Shown one piece after another: positions 1-16,296 of a stretch of DNA of 64,000 nt. Origin of the DNA: the human T2T-CHM13v2.0 reference genome, Homo sapiens. The translations under genes were made by a program, and so were the position numbers. The notes beneath the pieces were generated by a model, which had not been told where the DNA came from, searched no databases, and saw nothing but the letters and a program-made list of their open reading frames with translations. The stretch is taken from the NCBI RefSeq assembly GCF_009914755.1, contig NC_060927.1; one strand, given 5' to 3'. Numbering within the stretch: position 1 is the stretch's first letter; each line of letters starts with the position of its first letter.

Positions 1-1186
1 AGTCACTCTTTTCTATTTGTTTGGAATAGTTTCAGAAGAAATGGTACCAGATCCTCTTTGTACCTCTGGTAGAATTCGGCTGTGAATCTGTCTGGTCCCG
101 GGCTTTTATTTGTTGGTAGGCTATTAATTACTGCCTCAATTTCAGAGCTTGTTATTGGTCTATTCAGGGATGTGACTTCTTCCTGATTTAGTCTTGGGAG
201 GGTGTATGTGTCCAGGAATGTATCCATTTCTTCTAGATTTTCTAGTTTATTTGCATAGAGGTGTTTATAATATTCTTTGATGGTAGCTTGTATTTCTGTG
301 GGATCAGTGGTGATAGCCCCTTAATCATTTTTTATTATGTCTATTTGATTCTTCTCTCTTTTCTTCTTTATTAGTCTGGCTAGTGGTCTATCTATTTTGT
401 TGATCTTTTCAAAAAACCAGCTCCTGGAGTCATTGATTTTTTTGAAGGATTTTTTTGTGTCTCTAACTCTTTCAGTTCTGCTCTGATCTTAGTTATTTCT
501 TGTCTTCTGCTAGCTTTTGAATTTGTTTGCTCTCGCTTTTCTTGTTTTAATTGTGATGTTAGGGTGTCGATTTTAGATCTTTCCTGCTTTCTCCTGTGGG
601 CATTTAGTCCTATAAATTTCCCTCTTAACACTGCTTTAGCTGTGTCCCAGAGATTCTGGTATGTTGTGTCTTTGTTCTCATTGGTTTCAAATAACTTATT
701 TATTACTGCCTTAATTTCCTTATTTACCCAGTAGTCTCATTCAGGAGCAGGTTGTTCAGTTTCCGTGTAGTGCCGTTTTGAGAGACTTTCTTTTTTTTTT
801 TTTTTTTTTTTTGAGATGGAGTCTCCCTGTGTCACCCAGGCTGGAGTGCAGTGGTGTGATCTCAGCTCATTGAGTGAGTTTCTTAATCCTGAGTTCTAAT
901 TTGATTGCACTGTGGTCTGAGAGACAGTTTGTTATGACTTCTGTTCTTTTGCATTTGCTGAGGAGGGTTTTACTTCCAATTATGTGGTCAATTTTAGAGT
1001 AAGTGCTATGTGGTGCTGAGAAGAATGTATATTCTGTTGATTTGGGGTGGAGAGTTCTGTAGATGTCTGTTAGTTCCACTTGGTCCAGAGCTGAGTTCCA
1101 GTCCTGAATATCCTTGTTAATTTTCTGTCTTGTTGATCTAATATTGACAGTGGGGTGTTAAAGTCTCCCACTATTGTTGTGTGGGA
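1..1186 (-). mobile_element. LINE-1 (primate L1PA-type) fragment: ORF2 endonuclease/linker region, 5'-truncated, degenerate, continues beyond the window start
   Basis: Minus-strand ORFs give typical L1 ORF2 peptides (DIYRTLHPKSTEYTFFSAPHSTYSKIDH; [21 protein letters not shown]; [31 protein letters not shown]) broken by frameshifts and stops. L1 similarity ends abruptly at about 1186. Confidence 0.95.
791..869 (-). mobile_element. Severely 5'-truncated Alu (about 57 nt of 3' end plus tail) inserted into the L1
   Basis: Poly-T 791-812, then gagatggagtctccctgtgtcacccaggctggagtgcagtgg. Flanked by imperfect TSD ttgagagactttc (778-790) / ttgagtgagtttc (870-882). Confidence 0.9.
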
Positions 1187-1879
1187 AAGAATCATTCCTA
1201 AAGAGGACTTTAAATGAAAACTTTCAGGTAAAATAGGTGGGGGTTGGCTGAGAGCTGTGTGACAGATCTTCTGGGACAGATAGGACTTAACATCCAGGTA
1301 TAGAGATTTGTTCCAATATATAATGCTCTCCTAGAGACTGCTCTCCAGATAATTGAGGTAATGCTGCGCTATTTAATGATAATATAGACACTGCAATATA
1401 TTACTAACCTTTTCTTTCTTTTTTAAAAGACTCTCTTATCGATTTTTTTTGAACCCACATCTGGACTGAGTCATCCCAAGTTTTTGAGTTCATGATCTCA
1501 TTCTGGGTTTTGATGACACGTTTATGTTCCAAGAGAATTAAGTCGGTTGGGGATGGAAAGAGAGGGCATGTCACACAGAACTTGGTATGAAGTCCTGCCA
1601 GGCCCAGGGGCTTAGGCTCTATCTGCTAGGTGAGGGGGGTCAAGAAAGGTTCCAAGGAGTTGACTGTCCTGATGAGTTTGGCATTTCAGGTTGCTCCTTC
1701 TGGCAGGCAATAAGTCTTCAAATAAGGAAAGTAGAATAGATGGTGTTCCAGAGGCCATTTGGCAAAACTGGGTAACTAATGGGAAATGGGTTGAGAGTGA
1801 GCCAGGGGAGGATACTTAGGTTAACATCCATGTTTTGAAGAGTCTGAGATACATAATAATAAAAATCTATGTGATAGTT

Positions 1880-2050
1880 AAAATAACTAATGTCATCGAG
1901 CACCTGCTATTTGCCTGGTGCAAGACTGAATTTTTAATCATCAAGCTTTGAAATTTGGTACAATTAGTGTCCCCATTTTACAGATGATAAAACTGAGGCT
2001 CAAAGGAGTCACACAGCCCAAGATTACACAGGAATGGAGCAGAGCTGGAC
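1880..2050 (-). mobile_element. MIR SINE
   Basis: Core ccccattttacagatgataaaactgaggctca, the reverse of the MIR core. Confidence 0.7.
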
Positions 2051-2419
2051 ACCACAGGAATGACAAGACAAGTAAGACATAATTGCTATCCTTGGTGTGA
2101 CACTTAAGGAATCTCTCTGTGGATGACCAGCACTTTAGAGTACACAAAACACCTTTAAATATGTTATTTTAGTTAATCCCCACATAGTATTGTATAGGAG
2201 GCATTGCCATCATCATCTTACACATGATGAAACTGAGATCTAAACGGAAGGAGTTGCTTTCTAAGATCAGACAGTAATTAGATGACGCATCTAATTTAAA
2301 TGATAAATCCGAGCAGTTTGCAGAACATTACAACTTCTTTACAAATGCCATGAGTGAGATACTGCTGCTACTCACACTGGTGTAAGTCCCAAGTCATTCA
2401 TGGGAAAAGAGTGCAGATG

Positions 2420-2648
2420 ATACAGTTTAGATTCTGGGATCAGACTGCTTATTATATTGGCACCTCATTTCTGCTATAAGACCTTGGACAAGTTACTTAT
2501 TCTCCTAGGTATGTTTTCTTATCCAAGAAATGGGAATAATAATGGCATATTTTGCTATTTTTATAAGGCTTCTGTGATAATTTTTAAGAGATAATTCATG
2601 CAACATGCCTGGAGCCTAGTAAAATTCAATTAATGTTAGTAGTAATAA
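2420..2648 (+). mobile_element. MIR SINE
   Basis: gaccttggacaagttactta...aaatgggaataataat...caattaatgttagtagtaat follows the MIR consensus order. Confidence 0.65.
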
Positions 2649-2859
2649 AAATAGTTCAAAGAAATGACATAGAATTAGTTGCAGAAGGAAATACTAAAAT
2701 ATATAAAATCACATTTCAAATGAATTTTGAAGAATTTCAGAAGGTATAAGAGAAGCAATCCTGTGGCTAGGGAGTTAGGAATGTTTTTAATCCCGAAGAT
2801 TGTTTTTGTTTAAGTTAGCAGTAGTGTTTATGAGCAGAAGAGTTAAATTATTGGAGATG

Positions 2860-2982
2860 GGCCAGGCACGGTGATTCATGCCTGTAATCCCAGCACTTTG
2901 GGAGGCCAAGGCAAAAACATTGCTTGAGACCAGGAGATAGAGACCAGCCTGTATAACCCTGTCTCTACAATAATAAAAATAA
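2860..2982 (+). mobile_element. Alu monomer (FLAM-like)
   Basis: ggccaggcacggtg..tgcctgtaatcccagcactttgggaggcc..ccctgtctctac followed by a short A-rich tail. No right monomer. Confidence 0.8.
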
Positions 2983-5900
2983 TGTTTTAAATTGTTGAAT
3001 ATGTACTTAAAGAAAAGCAATTAGGCAGCACAATGAAATAGTCCCAGAGAGAAGAATCAAGGCCCTGAACAAGGGTGGTAGTGGAGGGGATAGAAAGGGG
3101 GAGATAGATCGGTATGAAGGGCTGCAGGGCATTTTAGGAGCTCTTACCAGCATGCATTTGGATTGCTTCTTCACAACATCACTTAGTAAATACATAAGAA
3201 ATGCAAACTCACTTTCTAACCCTGCTAAGCAAAAAAATCTAATCTGGATGGTGTTTGCTACACTACAACAAAATGCATTCCAGAATCAGGTATAAACAAT
3301 TTGGGAGTTACATGTTGTTCTGATTGCCTGCACTTTTTTTTTGTGCTTTGGTGCAAGAAACCCAGAGTTGGTGTATGGATTCACGTATCCACATTTGCTA
3401 TTCTGTCTGCTTTCTGAGAGGTGTTTATTTGTTGGCTTCTGTGCTTATTTGTACTTGTGTTCTCATCTTGAAGCATGGTCTCTAGGATAATTTTCTCAGA
3501 AGGCAGAAATACATGAAATGTAAAAATATCTACACTCTTGTGCCTATACCTATATTTTGATCTCAGTTGAATTTTTATAGTTGTCCTGCTGTTAAGCTGA
3601 ATTAACATTGAGCAAAGAGACCACTTAAAAAATTTTACTAGTAGTGTTTCAATTTCTTGTATCCTAGATTTAATGGAAGTGGTTAGACATTTTGTAATGA
3701 GCCAGTTCTTCATTCTATAATGATAGTTTTTGAATGTCATGATCTAAAACTAGCAAAAGTTTTGAGACCATGTACTACTTATGGAAAGGAGAGGGGAATA
3801 TTTAAGCCTGAAGGGTATTTTTCAAAATAGCACTGGGCTGGCTTATCCTGTCTAACAATCCTGGATCCAGTGCGAGTGGATTGCAGTTTGCTGGTGCTTA
3901 TTCAGATTAGGGCAAAGAGCTGGCTTGAATGATCTAGCTGTAAGTGTACCCTTCCAGAAGTACCCTTCTACTCTTGGAGGATCTCAGGGACTGAAATTAT
4001 CTCAGATCCAAGGTTACCAGGGACAATGACTTAACCAGTCCAAATTAGGTTTGTACTTGCTATGTTTCGACTTAGATCGGGTGTTTGACATTTTCGCATG
4101 TGGCAGCAAAAGCTTTTATGTCCTAATAATGTTTATGAACGTAGTCTGGTTGGTCAAACAAGAACAATGAGCTATCACAACAATTTTCAATTTTCATAGG
4201 CATATCTTATGTTTGTAAGTTTCTAAGTTTACAATGTAGAAGGCAGCTAATGTTAATAATAAGTCCACTGTCGACAAGTGTAGTAAGGCCTAGGACTACC
4301 TCACTCAGTGATTACTGCTGTAAGATCACAGTCCCTCTGAATCTCGTTGGACATTCAAAATGTCCTTAAAGTGTTAGAAACAGGCAAATATCTTTTTAAG
4401 TCTACTACCTCATGTATGCTTCATGTGACCATAACTTAACTGAATGAATCCTTTAAATGAGCTGTTGATGTCCTATTTGCCATTTTTTTCCTCCTAAAGA
4501 AATTCGTGTTTAGCTGCAAGGTAACTTCCCTGTGTGAAATTTACAGGTTTGCCAGCCATAGAAAACATTAATGCATAATACATAAACAAAATGTATGCTC
4601 CTTTTGAAAAAAAAAAAAAAAAAAACCAAGGAATTTAGTCCTTGCTTTCCAAAGGGAGAATACATGAATCTTGCATTTTTATTTTTGATGCCTTTTTGCC
4701 TCTAAATATATGAGATGACTATTAATGCCCATATTCACAGCAGGGATAGAAGGGAAGTGGCAGTAAATTGTAAAGCACATTTACATTATAACAAGGCCTG
4801 TGGAAGCATTGTAATTCACACAGTTATTTCAACAGAGGTTTGGACTCCCTCCAATTTAATTTTCTGAAGTTGGGCTGTGCAGCTGGGTCATTCCTGGTCT
4901 AATCTGGGAAATGTATCTCTTAAGGCTGTGGATCAGAATGCCAGCCTCCCAGTTGTCACCAGGGAGCATCATTTACAGCCACTGAGGTCCGAGGGCAAAG
5001 CATCAGAATCACTTAATGTGGACACAGCAGCCTAGCTAGCTTCATAAATTCTGTTGCAAAGAGCAATAATCAATATTTCATGTTTAATGATGCAGAGTTA
5101 AAATTACTATAGATTTTATGTCTTCTACTTTTCCAAATTATGCAAACATTAGTAACCCCTTTTTTAGTGCCCTTATTACACTTCCATTAAAAAACGGATG
5201 GAGGGGAGCAGGTGAGGAAGCCTGGTAATATATAATGAAATTATTGAATGGTCAAAAGCATCAAAAGTGATTTTGGTTTTTAATTTTTGTTAAATAGTTG
5301 CCCTTAGGTTAATATATAATTATTTCCAAGACACAAAAACCTGATTTATGTAAGTGGCACAGGTTTTGTCACCCACAGCTACACAGTGAAGTAAATTGCA
5401 GATTGTTTTCACATTTTAAGTTAACTTAAATGCTCTGGGATATGTTGGGATTAAATGATCATGATGTTAGTCAGAAAAGTTAAAAGGTTGGCATTTAGAA
5501 ACAAGTGAACAAGTGTACTTTAGAGAAAAAGCAATTTTGATTGGATTTCTGATTTTAAACCTGTCCAAAGAACATACGCTGCTTGCTTAGACAATAGAAG
5601 TGGTCGAGATTGAAAAAGGAGGAAAAATAAAAAACAAACCAGAACAGTGTTTTATTATTGGGCAGGTCAAGGAGCTGACTAAGCAGCCACAGTGATGGGC
5701 TTGTCTAACCTCTTAGCTATTCCACTGTCTGTGACAGAAGAAAAGACTGCGGGATTGAGACAGGAGGGTAAAGCCAGACACAAAAGAACAAAATTCAATA
5801 CCCACCATTCATTCTAATAGTTCACACCCAAGTTACTTTAGAACAACTCTTATAACAGTGGGAAGCCTGGGAAGTAGTCAGTAATTTTTCACCATAACAG

Positions 5901-8012
5901 TATAGCCTAGATTCCTTTGCCACTCATAACACAGACTTCATTTGGAGAAATGGGATTAAGGATTCTGGAATGCTGTGTGTCTGGATTGTACTTGAATAAT
6001 TCAACTTGTATTTTGCAGAGAGGTCTAGCCTACATTTAAAAGAAAAGAAGCAAATAGAGCATAGTAGAAATTGTCCTGTTATTTGGTGAGTCTAACCGAA
6101 CCAGGTTCAGGTCCTTGAGTAGTGACAGCTTCTCCTATAAAGATTAATTATCAAACACACATGTTCTTCTGGTAAATAATATGATTAATTAATATGATTA
6201 GTTAAGTTTATTGGTTTATAGAAAAAGAATTGCAAAGACAGGGCAAACAAAAGAAACTTAGGGTTCTTGAAGTTTCTGGATTCAGAGACAACTCATGTAA
6301 AAGGACGACTGAGAGTTTAATGAAGTGACTATTTACATAGTTGTGGCAGAGTAGAGGAGAAGCCACAAGGAAGAAGGAAGCATCTGGGGTTATCAATAGT
6401 TGAATGGGGCAAAGGAAGGGAGAGGAAGGAAGGGTAGGTCTTGGAGGGGTGAGAAAATGGAGCAGTTATGGGAATATGCACTATCTTGTGGGAAAGGCCA
6501 CTCTATGGAAACTATGGCCATTAGTTATGTCCAACCGTGCTCCAGCAAGAGAGGAGAACAGAGAGAAAAAATATTCAACTTCTTTCTTCTGCTACCCTCT
6601 GGGCTCATGCCAGTGCCTCCCTCTGCTCAAACATTCCCCAGGGCCATAGAATAAAGGGTCTAATAGATAAAGTCCAAAATTATGAGCCTCTCAGACACAG
6701 GGAAGAATGGAGAAGAGTAAAGACTGTATCTGACAGGCAGACAATAGCAGACGATATAAAACTACTTGGGATTTTTTGGGCCATTAAGCTACTAAAGTTT
6801 CTTTTCCTCTTAGAATAACACATTTACTTATTCAACAGATAATATCAAGCACCTCTTCAATAACTCATTTTGGGAATAAGCACATCAAAGTGAGTAAGTT
6901 ACCATCCCTGACCTTGAAGAGCTGAGTGGGGGAGGCAGGTAAAGAGTAAATACTAAAAATAAGGATCACCAGAGGTTGCTGAGGAAGGAGGGTGGGGTAC
7001 CCAACTTTCTTTTTGGGTTAGAAATATCTGCTTGAAGGAGGGGAAAATTGGGGTCTTCCCGAAAGAAGAATGGTGTGGATCAGTAGAAGAGTTAGAGGCA
7101 TGTTGTCACTGAAATGTCCAGTGGGCACGTGAGTTCTGGGATTTTGTTATGAATCATTTGACTGGGCTCAGAGAAGAAGTGTGTGCAGGGGCCAATGAGG
7201 TGGAGTGGGGAGAGGCAGGCTGGGCTTTGTCACACAGACCTTGGCTGAGGAGTTTGGAATCTAACCTGACAGCAACAGGGAGCTAGTAGAAAAATGGCAT
7301 TGTCTTCTAGTAAGAAAATGATATTGCCAGATATAAAATCAGAGACAAATGGGACTAGCAAGAGAAACCAATGATGGGGTAGATCTATTTGTGTTTGCTT
7401 TTAATAGTAAAATAAAACAAAGCTTTCTCAAAGGATGAAACTATGAGTGAAGATCTGTGGAGTAACATGACTTGCTTATCCATCTCTGAGAAAATGAGGA
7501 CATGGTTTGGAACTTCCAGGCCAATTGAATTGAAGTGTTTTTGTATAGCTAGCTTAAATAACCAAATGATGAAATCAATCCTCCAAATTGTCAGCAGAGC
7601 AGCTGCTCAGAAAGCTCTTGTTAGTCATTGACCTTATGTTTAATATGATTTCCTAGAATGTGGATAGTCAGATATTGAATAAAGTACTGCATCAAAGCCC
7701 TCCCCACCCAGCAAGCTTTCTGCAATGAAATATTCAAGGAAAGGAGAGTGGCTGGCACAAATTGCAAAAATGCTTTTCTTTATGCCCCCTAAGTCCCCAG
7801 AGAAAAAAAAAATAGAAGAAAGCATACCACAGCCACATCTTGGAGAAGAAAGTGCCAGGACTGGCAGTAGCTCCATTTCTTTTCTAATCATGATGCAGGG
7901 GGAAGAAAAAATTACAACCTAAAAATTAACCTTTGGTTTTTAAGAATAGTTAAGATTTCTCATTCAAACTATTTCCTTTCTGTATCAGAGCAGCTTCAAG
8001 TTTGACCATTTC

Positions 8013-8357
8013 CAGTCCTGCACTGCATAATGCCGTTTGGCCAATATTGATCACATATACAACCCATAACAACATAACATTACAAAGGTTGCAATACAAT
8101 ATTTTTACTGTACTTTTTCTAGATTTGGATATGTTTAGATATACAAATATTTACCATTGTGTTATAATTTTCTTACAGTAACATATGCTTTATAGGTTTG
8201 TAGCCCAGGAGCAATAGGCTGTATCACATAGCCCAGGTGTGTAGTAAGCTATACCATCTAGGTTTGTGTAGGCATACTCTGATGTTCACACAATGATGAA
8301 ATCTCCTAATGACAAATTTCTCAGGACATATCCTTGTTATTAAGCAACACGAGACAA
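8013..8357 (-). mobile_element. Tigger3-like (TcMar-Tigger) non-autonomous DNA transposon
   Basis: tttgtagcccaggagcaataggct...ctataccatctaggtttgtgta...tttctcaggacatatcc matches the recalled Tigger3a reverse strand. Confidence 0.7.
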
Positions 8358-9006
8358 TATATGACCTAGATCTGTTACTTATGTCATTGGAGGTGGGGTG
8401 TGATATGATTAAAAAAAATAGGTAGGAAGTGTAGGGGAAAATAGGGGATAAATGTGGAGGCTTATTCTTAGAATATGGAACCAGAGTCTATAGGACTAAA
8501 GAGTAAGTTTTACCCTAAAAATAAAATGACATGTTAAATATTGCAAAGGATAATCTATCTATCTATCATCTATCATCTCTATATTTCTACCTATTATAAT
8601 TACTCTGCCTATATGGTAGATATTAGCTTTCACTTACTATGAATATCACAAATGTAATAACAGAGTTAAAAATAAAGATGTTTATAGATCATGTAGTTAA
8701 AGAGGTGGGCAATGATTGTTCTAACTGCCTAAAAAGAATCCTTGTGGCAATTAAATATTTAATTTTGCTTAAGCTTCTACCAGCCAAAGCAAAACAAATG
8801 ACCTCGTTAAGACTTATGAGTTGTTATTATTGATGAAAAGTAGTGTACTATTACATCAAAAGGGGCAAATATACCCTACTACTAAATTCTAAATTGTATT
8901 TCTCTTTAATTCCATTATATAAAAAAGAGATCCAGTGTTTTATATAGACACTCTATAATAGATCTCAATCCCTACCTCACCACAACATACATAAAAAGTA
9001 ATTCAC

Positions 9007-9821
<815 letters not shown>

Positions 9822-10054
9822 TCAAGCTCCAGTTTGAAACAGATGTTCACAGCATCACCCTGGCTCTGGCCTTTTGTCTCTTTTTCCTTTGTCTCCATCC
9901 TCTTTGCTGTATTATATTTTTCCTTCAGTTAGTACCTGTCACAGATGCAAATACTTCTGTCACAGTTCCAGTGTCCCTCACATTTCAAAATCCTAACACT
10001 CCAGAATCCAGAGGAATAAACTGAAGTTCTTCTCCAAATCCTAAGGTAAAGTTT

Positions 10055-10620
10055 AAATAATTAACATTGGTTGAGCAACTACTATGTGCTGGGCACTATT
10101 CTAGGCACTGAAAATATAGTGGTGGATGTGACAAAAAACCTACTTCCATGGTGCCTACAATGTAGTGAGTGGAGACAATCAAACACAAATACATTAGGAA
10201 GTGATGAAGGTCATAAAGAAGTGAATAAGAGCATAAAGCATGGTAAATATACCACACGTGATGGGTGACATTTTAGAGAGTTCAATCAAGGGAGGCTTTT
10301 TTGAGAAGGCAGTATTTGAGCAAATATCTGGATGAAGTGAGGAAGCCATGTGAGGGTAATGTTGATTGTAATTGTGCACAGAATTAACGTTCTGTGTACA
10401 AGGAACAGCGAAGATAAATGATCTAAAAGGGAGCAACCGTGGCTGTTTCTGAAACACCCCAAGACCAATATGGCTAGACAAGTGTGGGTTGTAGTATAGA
10501 GGGTGGCAGGAAATGAGGTCAGAGAGATAGGTGGGGGTTCGTGTTACATACGGCTCTATAGGCCATGGTGATGAGTTTGGATTTCATTCCAAAAGTGATG
10601 GAAAACCACTGAATTATGAA
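10055..10620 (-). mobile_element. L2 LINE 3' fragment
   Basis: ttgagcaactactatgtgctgggcactattctaggcactg and ggccatggtgatgagtttggatttcattcc are typical antisense L2 motifs. Boundaries are approximate. Confidence 0.65.
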
Positions 10621-10959
10621 GAAGAAAACATCACTTATCTATATTTGTTTAACTATGATGAATCAAGAAATTAGTAGGTTGATCTTGCATGACAAGCATG
10701 TTCAGATGTTGGTAGATCAGAGTTGAAGCAGCAGCTCCATGGTTTCATCAGGGTCCCAGGTACCTTCGGTCTTTCTATTTTATTATCTTTAATGTGTGGT
10801 TTTCCTCCTTATAGGCACAATGGCTTTTGCACCCTGGATTTCACTACTATGATCCAGGCAGGAAGAAGAAGGAAGACCAAACATTAAAAGCCACATGCCA
10901 GCTGAATCTTTTTTTTTTTTTTTGGTATCAGAAAAACAATAGTTTATATGGAAGCCCCA

Positions 10960-12112
10960 TTTAGTAGACTTATGCTCATATTCATATGAAGAAAAATTGA
11001 TCTCAATTCTTACCACACACCATACCCAAAAATTAATTGACCATACACCTGAATGTAAATGAACTATACATTTTCTAAGAGAAAATATAGGAGACTATAT
11101 TTGGGGGCAGGAAAATATTTATTAGGACACAGAAAATACTAAATAACAAAAATAAAGTAAAACAATAAATTATATTGCATCAAAATGAAAAGATTTGCTT
11201 GTCAAAATATATTGATTGGGAAGAAATATTAGCAACACATACATCTGACAAAAGAGTTGTACCCCATAATATATAAAGAATTTCTACTGCTCAAAAAATA
11301 AGACATATAACTCAGTTAAAAACAAATGCAAAAAATACTCAACATTATTAGTTATCAGAGAAATGCAAATTGAAATCACAATAAGATATCACAAATCCAG
11401 GAGAATAACTAAAGTGAAAAAGACTGACATTGAATATTGGTGGGAATGTACAGCAGCTAGACTTCTCTTACATTGCTGGTTGGAATATAAAATAGCACAA
11501 CCACTTTAGAAAACTGTGGAAGTTTCTTTATAAGTTAAACATGTATTTACCTCATGAGGTAGCAATTTCACTCCTAGATATTTACTGAAGAGAAATGAAA
11601 ACACATCCACAAACACACTTGCACAACAGACTTGTTGTGCAAACAGATTTGCACAGCAATGATCATAGCAGCTTTATTCATACTAGGCCATATGGATATG
11701 AACACAATTAGAATGCCCATTAACAGGAGAATGGATTGTTGTGTATGTGTACAATAGAAAACTACTCAGCAATAAAAAGAAATGAGCTATTGATACATGC
11801 AACAGACAGCATGGACAAATGTCAAAATATAATGTTGAGTTAATTAAGCTGGACACAAAAGAATAGATAAATTTATACGAAAGTCTAGAACAGGCAAAAC
11901 TAATCTACACAGATAGAAATCAGAACAGGGGTGCCTTTGGGAGAGGAAAATTGATTGTAAAGGGGAACAAAGGAACTTCCTGGGAATGATAAATGTTCTA
12001 TATATTGTTTCGGCTGTGACTCTACCAATGGAAGCATTTGATAAAACTCACTGTATTGTACACTTATAAGGTGCATTTCATACTTTGTAAATTATACTCC
12101 AATTAAAAAAGA
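10960..12112 (+). mobile_element. Old L1M (L1MC/ME-like) 3' fragment
   Basis: atcagagaaatgcaaattgaaatcacaa, cattgctggttggaatataaaatagcacaaccacttt, tactcagcaataaaaagaaatgagcta, and an A-rich end at about 12105. Confidence 0.8.
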
Positions 12113-12229
12113 AAACCCAGGTACTACAAGACCACTCAGGTTATTATATGGAGAAGTGACTGATGTAGCCTAACCTAGAAAGCAGGGCAATAATTAGAAG
12201 ATTACCATGGTTGGCTTAGACCAGACTGA

Positions 12230-12620
12230 GAGGTGGCCAAGTTCCAAATATATTTTGAAAGTGGGGTCAATAAGATTAGCTCATTGATTGACTATAAATG
12301 GTAAGAGGAAGAAATGAGTAAAGTCTGGTTCTTAGGTTTAACTCTTCATAGCTTGGTGAATAGTGATACCATTTGCTAAAATGAGGAAGAAGCAGTGAAG
12401 AAGGAGGCTTGGGTAGGAGGGTATGAGCAGAGAAATCAACATTTTGGTTTTGAGCTTGACATGCTTGTCAGACATGTACATGGAACTGTCGAGTAGGCAG
12501 GGTGGATATCATATTCGAGTAGAAGAGTGAAGTTTAGAGAAGAGATCAGATACAAATGTAAAATAGAAGCTGTGAGACTGGCTGAGATCCCCTGAAGAGT
12601 TAGGATAGATAGAGAAGAGG
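12230..12620 (-). mobile_element. L2 LINE fragment (continuation)
   Basis: Purine-rich degenerate L2 antisense sequence: tttgagcttgacatgcttgtcagacatgtacatggaactgtcgagtaggcag. Confidence 0.55.
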
Positions 12621-13767
12621 ACAGATGGCTGGGACTGGCAGCTGGCATGTTTCCAGAGGTTTTGTAGGAGTGGGGAAGATCTGAAAACAGCAATGAGGAG
12701 CAAAGAGGGTCCCACTCAACCTCCACACCATGTAGTATGTAGCACGTGGGGAAGAAATGGCCATCTCTTAAGAGGACTGCAGGGGAGAAGGTGGGCTCAG
12801 GGACTCAGCCAACTTTTTCATCTGCAAAATCCTCTATATACTAGACCTCTTTTCTGAACAATTCTTTGCTCTTCCTGCTCTAACAAAAACTTAGCTGTCC
12901 CAGAATAGTGAGGCATAGTTTAGTTAGAACAACATAATTAAGGGTATATTCAAAGAAGTTGGGGAGATACAGGATTTTGCTGATGACAGACTGTAAAGGA
13001 CCCACTGGAAAGGTTGGAAGGATTGGGGAGAAGTGGGTGATTAGGCCACATTCTGGAATGCAGTATGGGTTTAAGAGATTGCATAATGGGAGAGGTGATC
13101 TAGGAGACTTGGGTGTCTGGTGGGTTATAATCATGTAGAGGCTAGTCCTGATGGTCTTTTGGATGTAATTGAATAATTATTTCTAACTGCGCCTTCCCCT
13201 TGGGACTGGTCACTTTGACAATTTCTGGTGGGGGGTAAGTGGTGTGGTAAATGGTATGGTAGATAGTGTGGCCTCAGGGAATGGTGGTCTTCCCAGGAAC
13301 AGAGTTCTGCGAGTCTTCCTTAAATCCTGCCATGATTGATAAGACTGAAGAAGGGAGTCTCACCAGGAAGCTGGGCCAAATCCTGTCACACCTCTGTGGC
13401 CAGAGAAATGAGATTACAGAGACTACAAATGCCTGGAATTGAGGGATCGTGTGTGTGTGTATGTGTGTGTCTGAGCACGTGGGCTATGGAGAAGAGGTTG
13501 CCACGAGTTACTAAGAGACAAGAGAGAAGGGTTGCTGAATGGCCAAATGCAGCATGCAGTCATTAGAGTCTCTTACCCAGCAACCAGCAATGACAATACT
13601 GTTGAGAAAGTGAATTTGGAAAGAGTGTGGGTGGATCTATGTAAACATATCCAAATTCTGAAAAACTGATAGGAAACATTAGTGAGTAAAAAAAAAGTCA
13701 CACAATTTGAGTGACAATATTATATTCTAACTTGATCAAGGATCATGTTGTATTTTTGTGTGTTTAA

Positions 13768-14066
<299 letters not shown>

Positions 14067-14147
14067 AGTCCAGAACTCTTAATGTTGTGTTGTATCAATT
14101 TTGCTAACAGTTATGCTTGAATAGCATTGCTCGGAAGTAGCTGGTGA

Positions 14148-14246
<99 letters not shown>

Positions 14247-14519
14247 TAAGTAAAAAGTATTAAGTTAAATCATCTGCAAGGTTGGAAAGCTTGAGTAAAA
14301 AGAAAATCTTTCTGGTAAAAATAAGTAAGTAAATTGGACAGTTTCTTATGTTATCATTGTGGTCAGAGCCCAGAAATGTGGCTCATTTGAGATATAGGTA
14401 GATAAATGTATGACTAGTTGAGCAATGATACACAAGCTCTACTGCTTAACAGAGTAATATGATGCCTGGAAGATGTTTCTGGTGGTATGTCTGAGGGCTT
14501 GAAACTTAACTCTGACCTG

Positions 14520-15300
14520 TCTTAGTCTTTTAATCAGGGACATTTGTAGAAGGCAGGCATAAAATTTGTAAAAAGTGCAAAGCTAACACTAAGACTAACA
14601 GACTGAACATTCAAATTAACACTACAGAATGGGACAAAACTGAGCTAAAATAAAGCAAAAAAGAAGAGATGAAATTGAACAGAGATAAAAGTAAATATTT
14701 ATAATATACCCTGTACTGTTGAACACTCAGAGACTCATCAAATTCTGATTATAGCCTTTTGATATAGGCATTATTATTTCCATTTCACGGATGAGGAAAA
14801 ACAGGCTCAGCGAGGTTTCAGCAACTCCATGTATACTCAGCTAGTGAGTGGTGAGAATGGGAAATAAACCCGGGTTTGGTTGCCTCGAGAATCCTTGCTC
14901 TCAATCACTGGCTGAGCCCTAATGTACTCAGGACTAGTCAAGCTGGTTGGGTGTCATGCTTGGCTCTGGACACCACGTTTAAGAATCACATTGACATTGC
15001 CAAGAGTATTAGAAGAGGTCAATTAAAATTGTGAGAGTTCTGGAACCATGTGAAACTACTACAAAGAGCTGAGGATGTGTAGCTTGGAGAAAAGAAGTCT
15101 CAGAAGAAATGTAATAGCTGTCCTCAAACATTTGAAGGATGTTCCTATAAAAGAGAGGCTAAGTTGCTCTTCGTGCTCCAGAAAATAGAACAAGAGTCAA
15201 TGAGTAGGATATATGGAGAAACAGCATTGTGACTCAGATAAGGAAAAACTTTTGTAAAAGTTCAACCTACCCCCAAACAGAATGAACTTTGTTAAGAAGT
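14520..15300 (+). mobile_element. L3/CR1 LINE remnant interrupted by a MIR (about 14720-14910)
   Basis: gagctgaggatgtgtagcttggagaaaagaagtctcagaagaaatgtaatagctgtcctcaaacatttgaagg resembles the CR1/L3 3' ORF2 motif. Confidence 0.6.
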
Positions 15301-15305
15301 GAGCC

Positions 15306-16296
<991 letters not shown>

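Noticed and set aside
3-1079. L1 ORF2 peptides as a functional gene
   Set aside because: Fragmented by frameshifts and stops and interrupted by an Alu, so this is a dead copy.
2276-2296. Small inverted repeat aattagatg-acg-catctaatt
   Set aside because: 9-bp AT-rich arms are plausible by chance in 64 kb.
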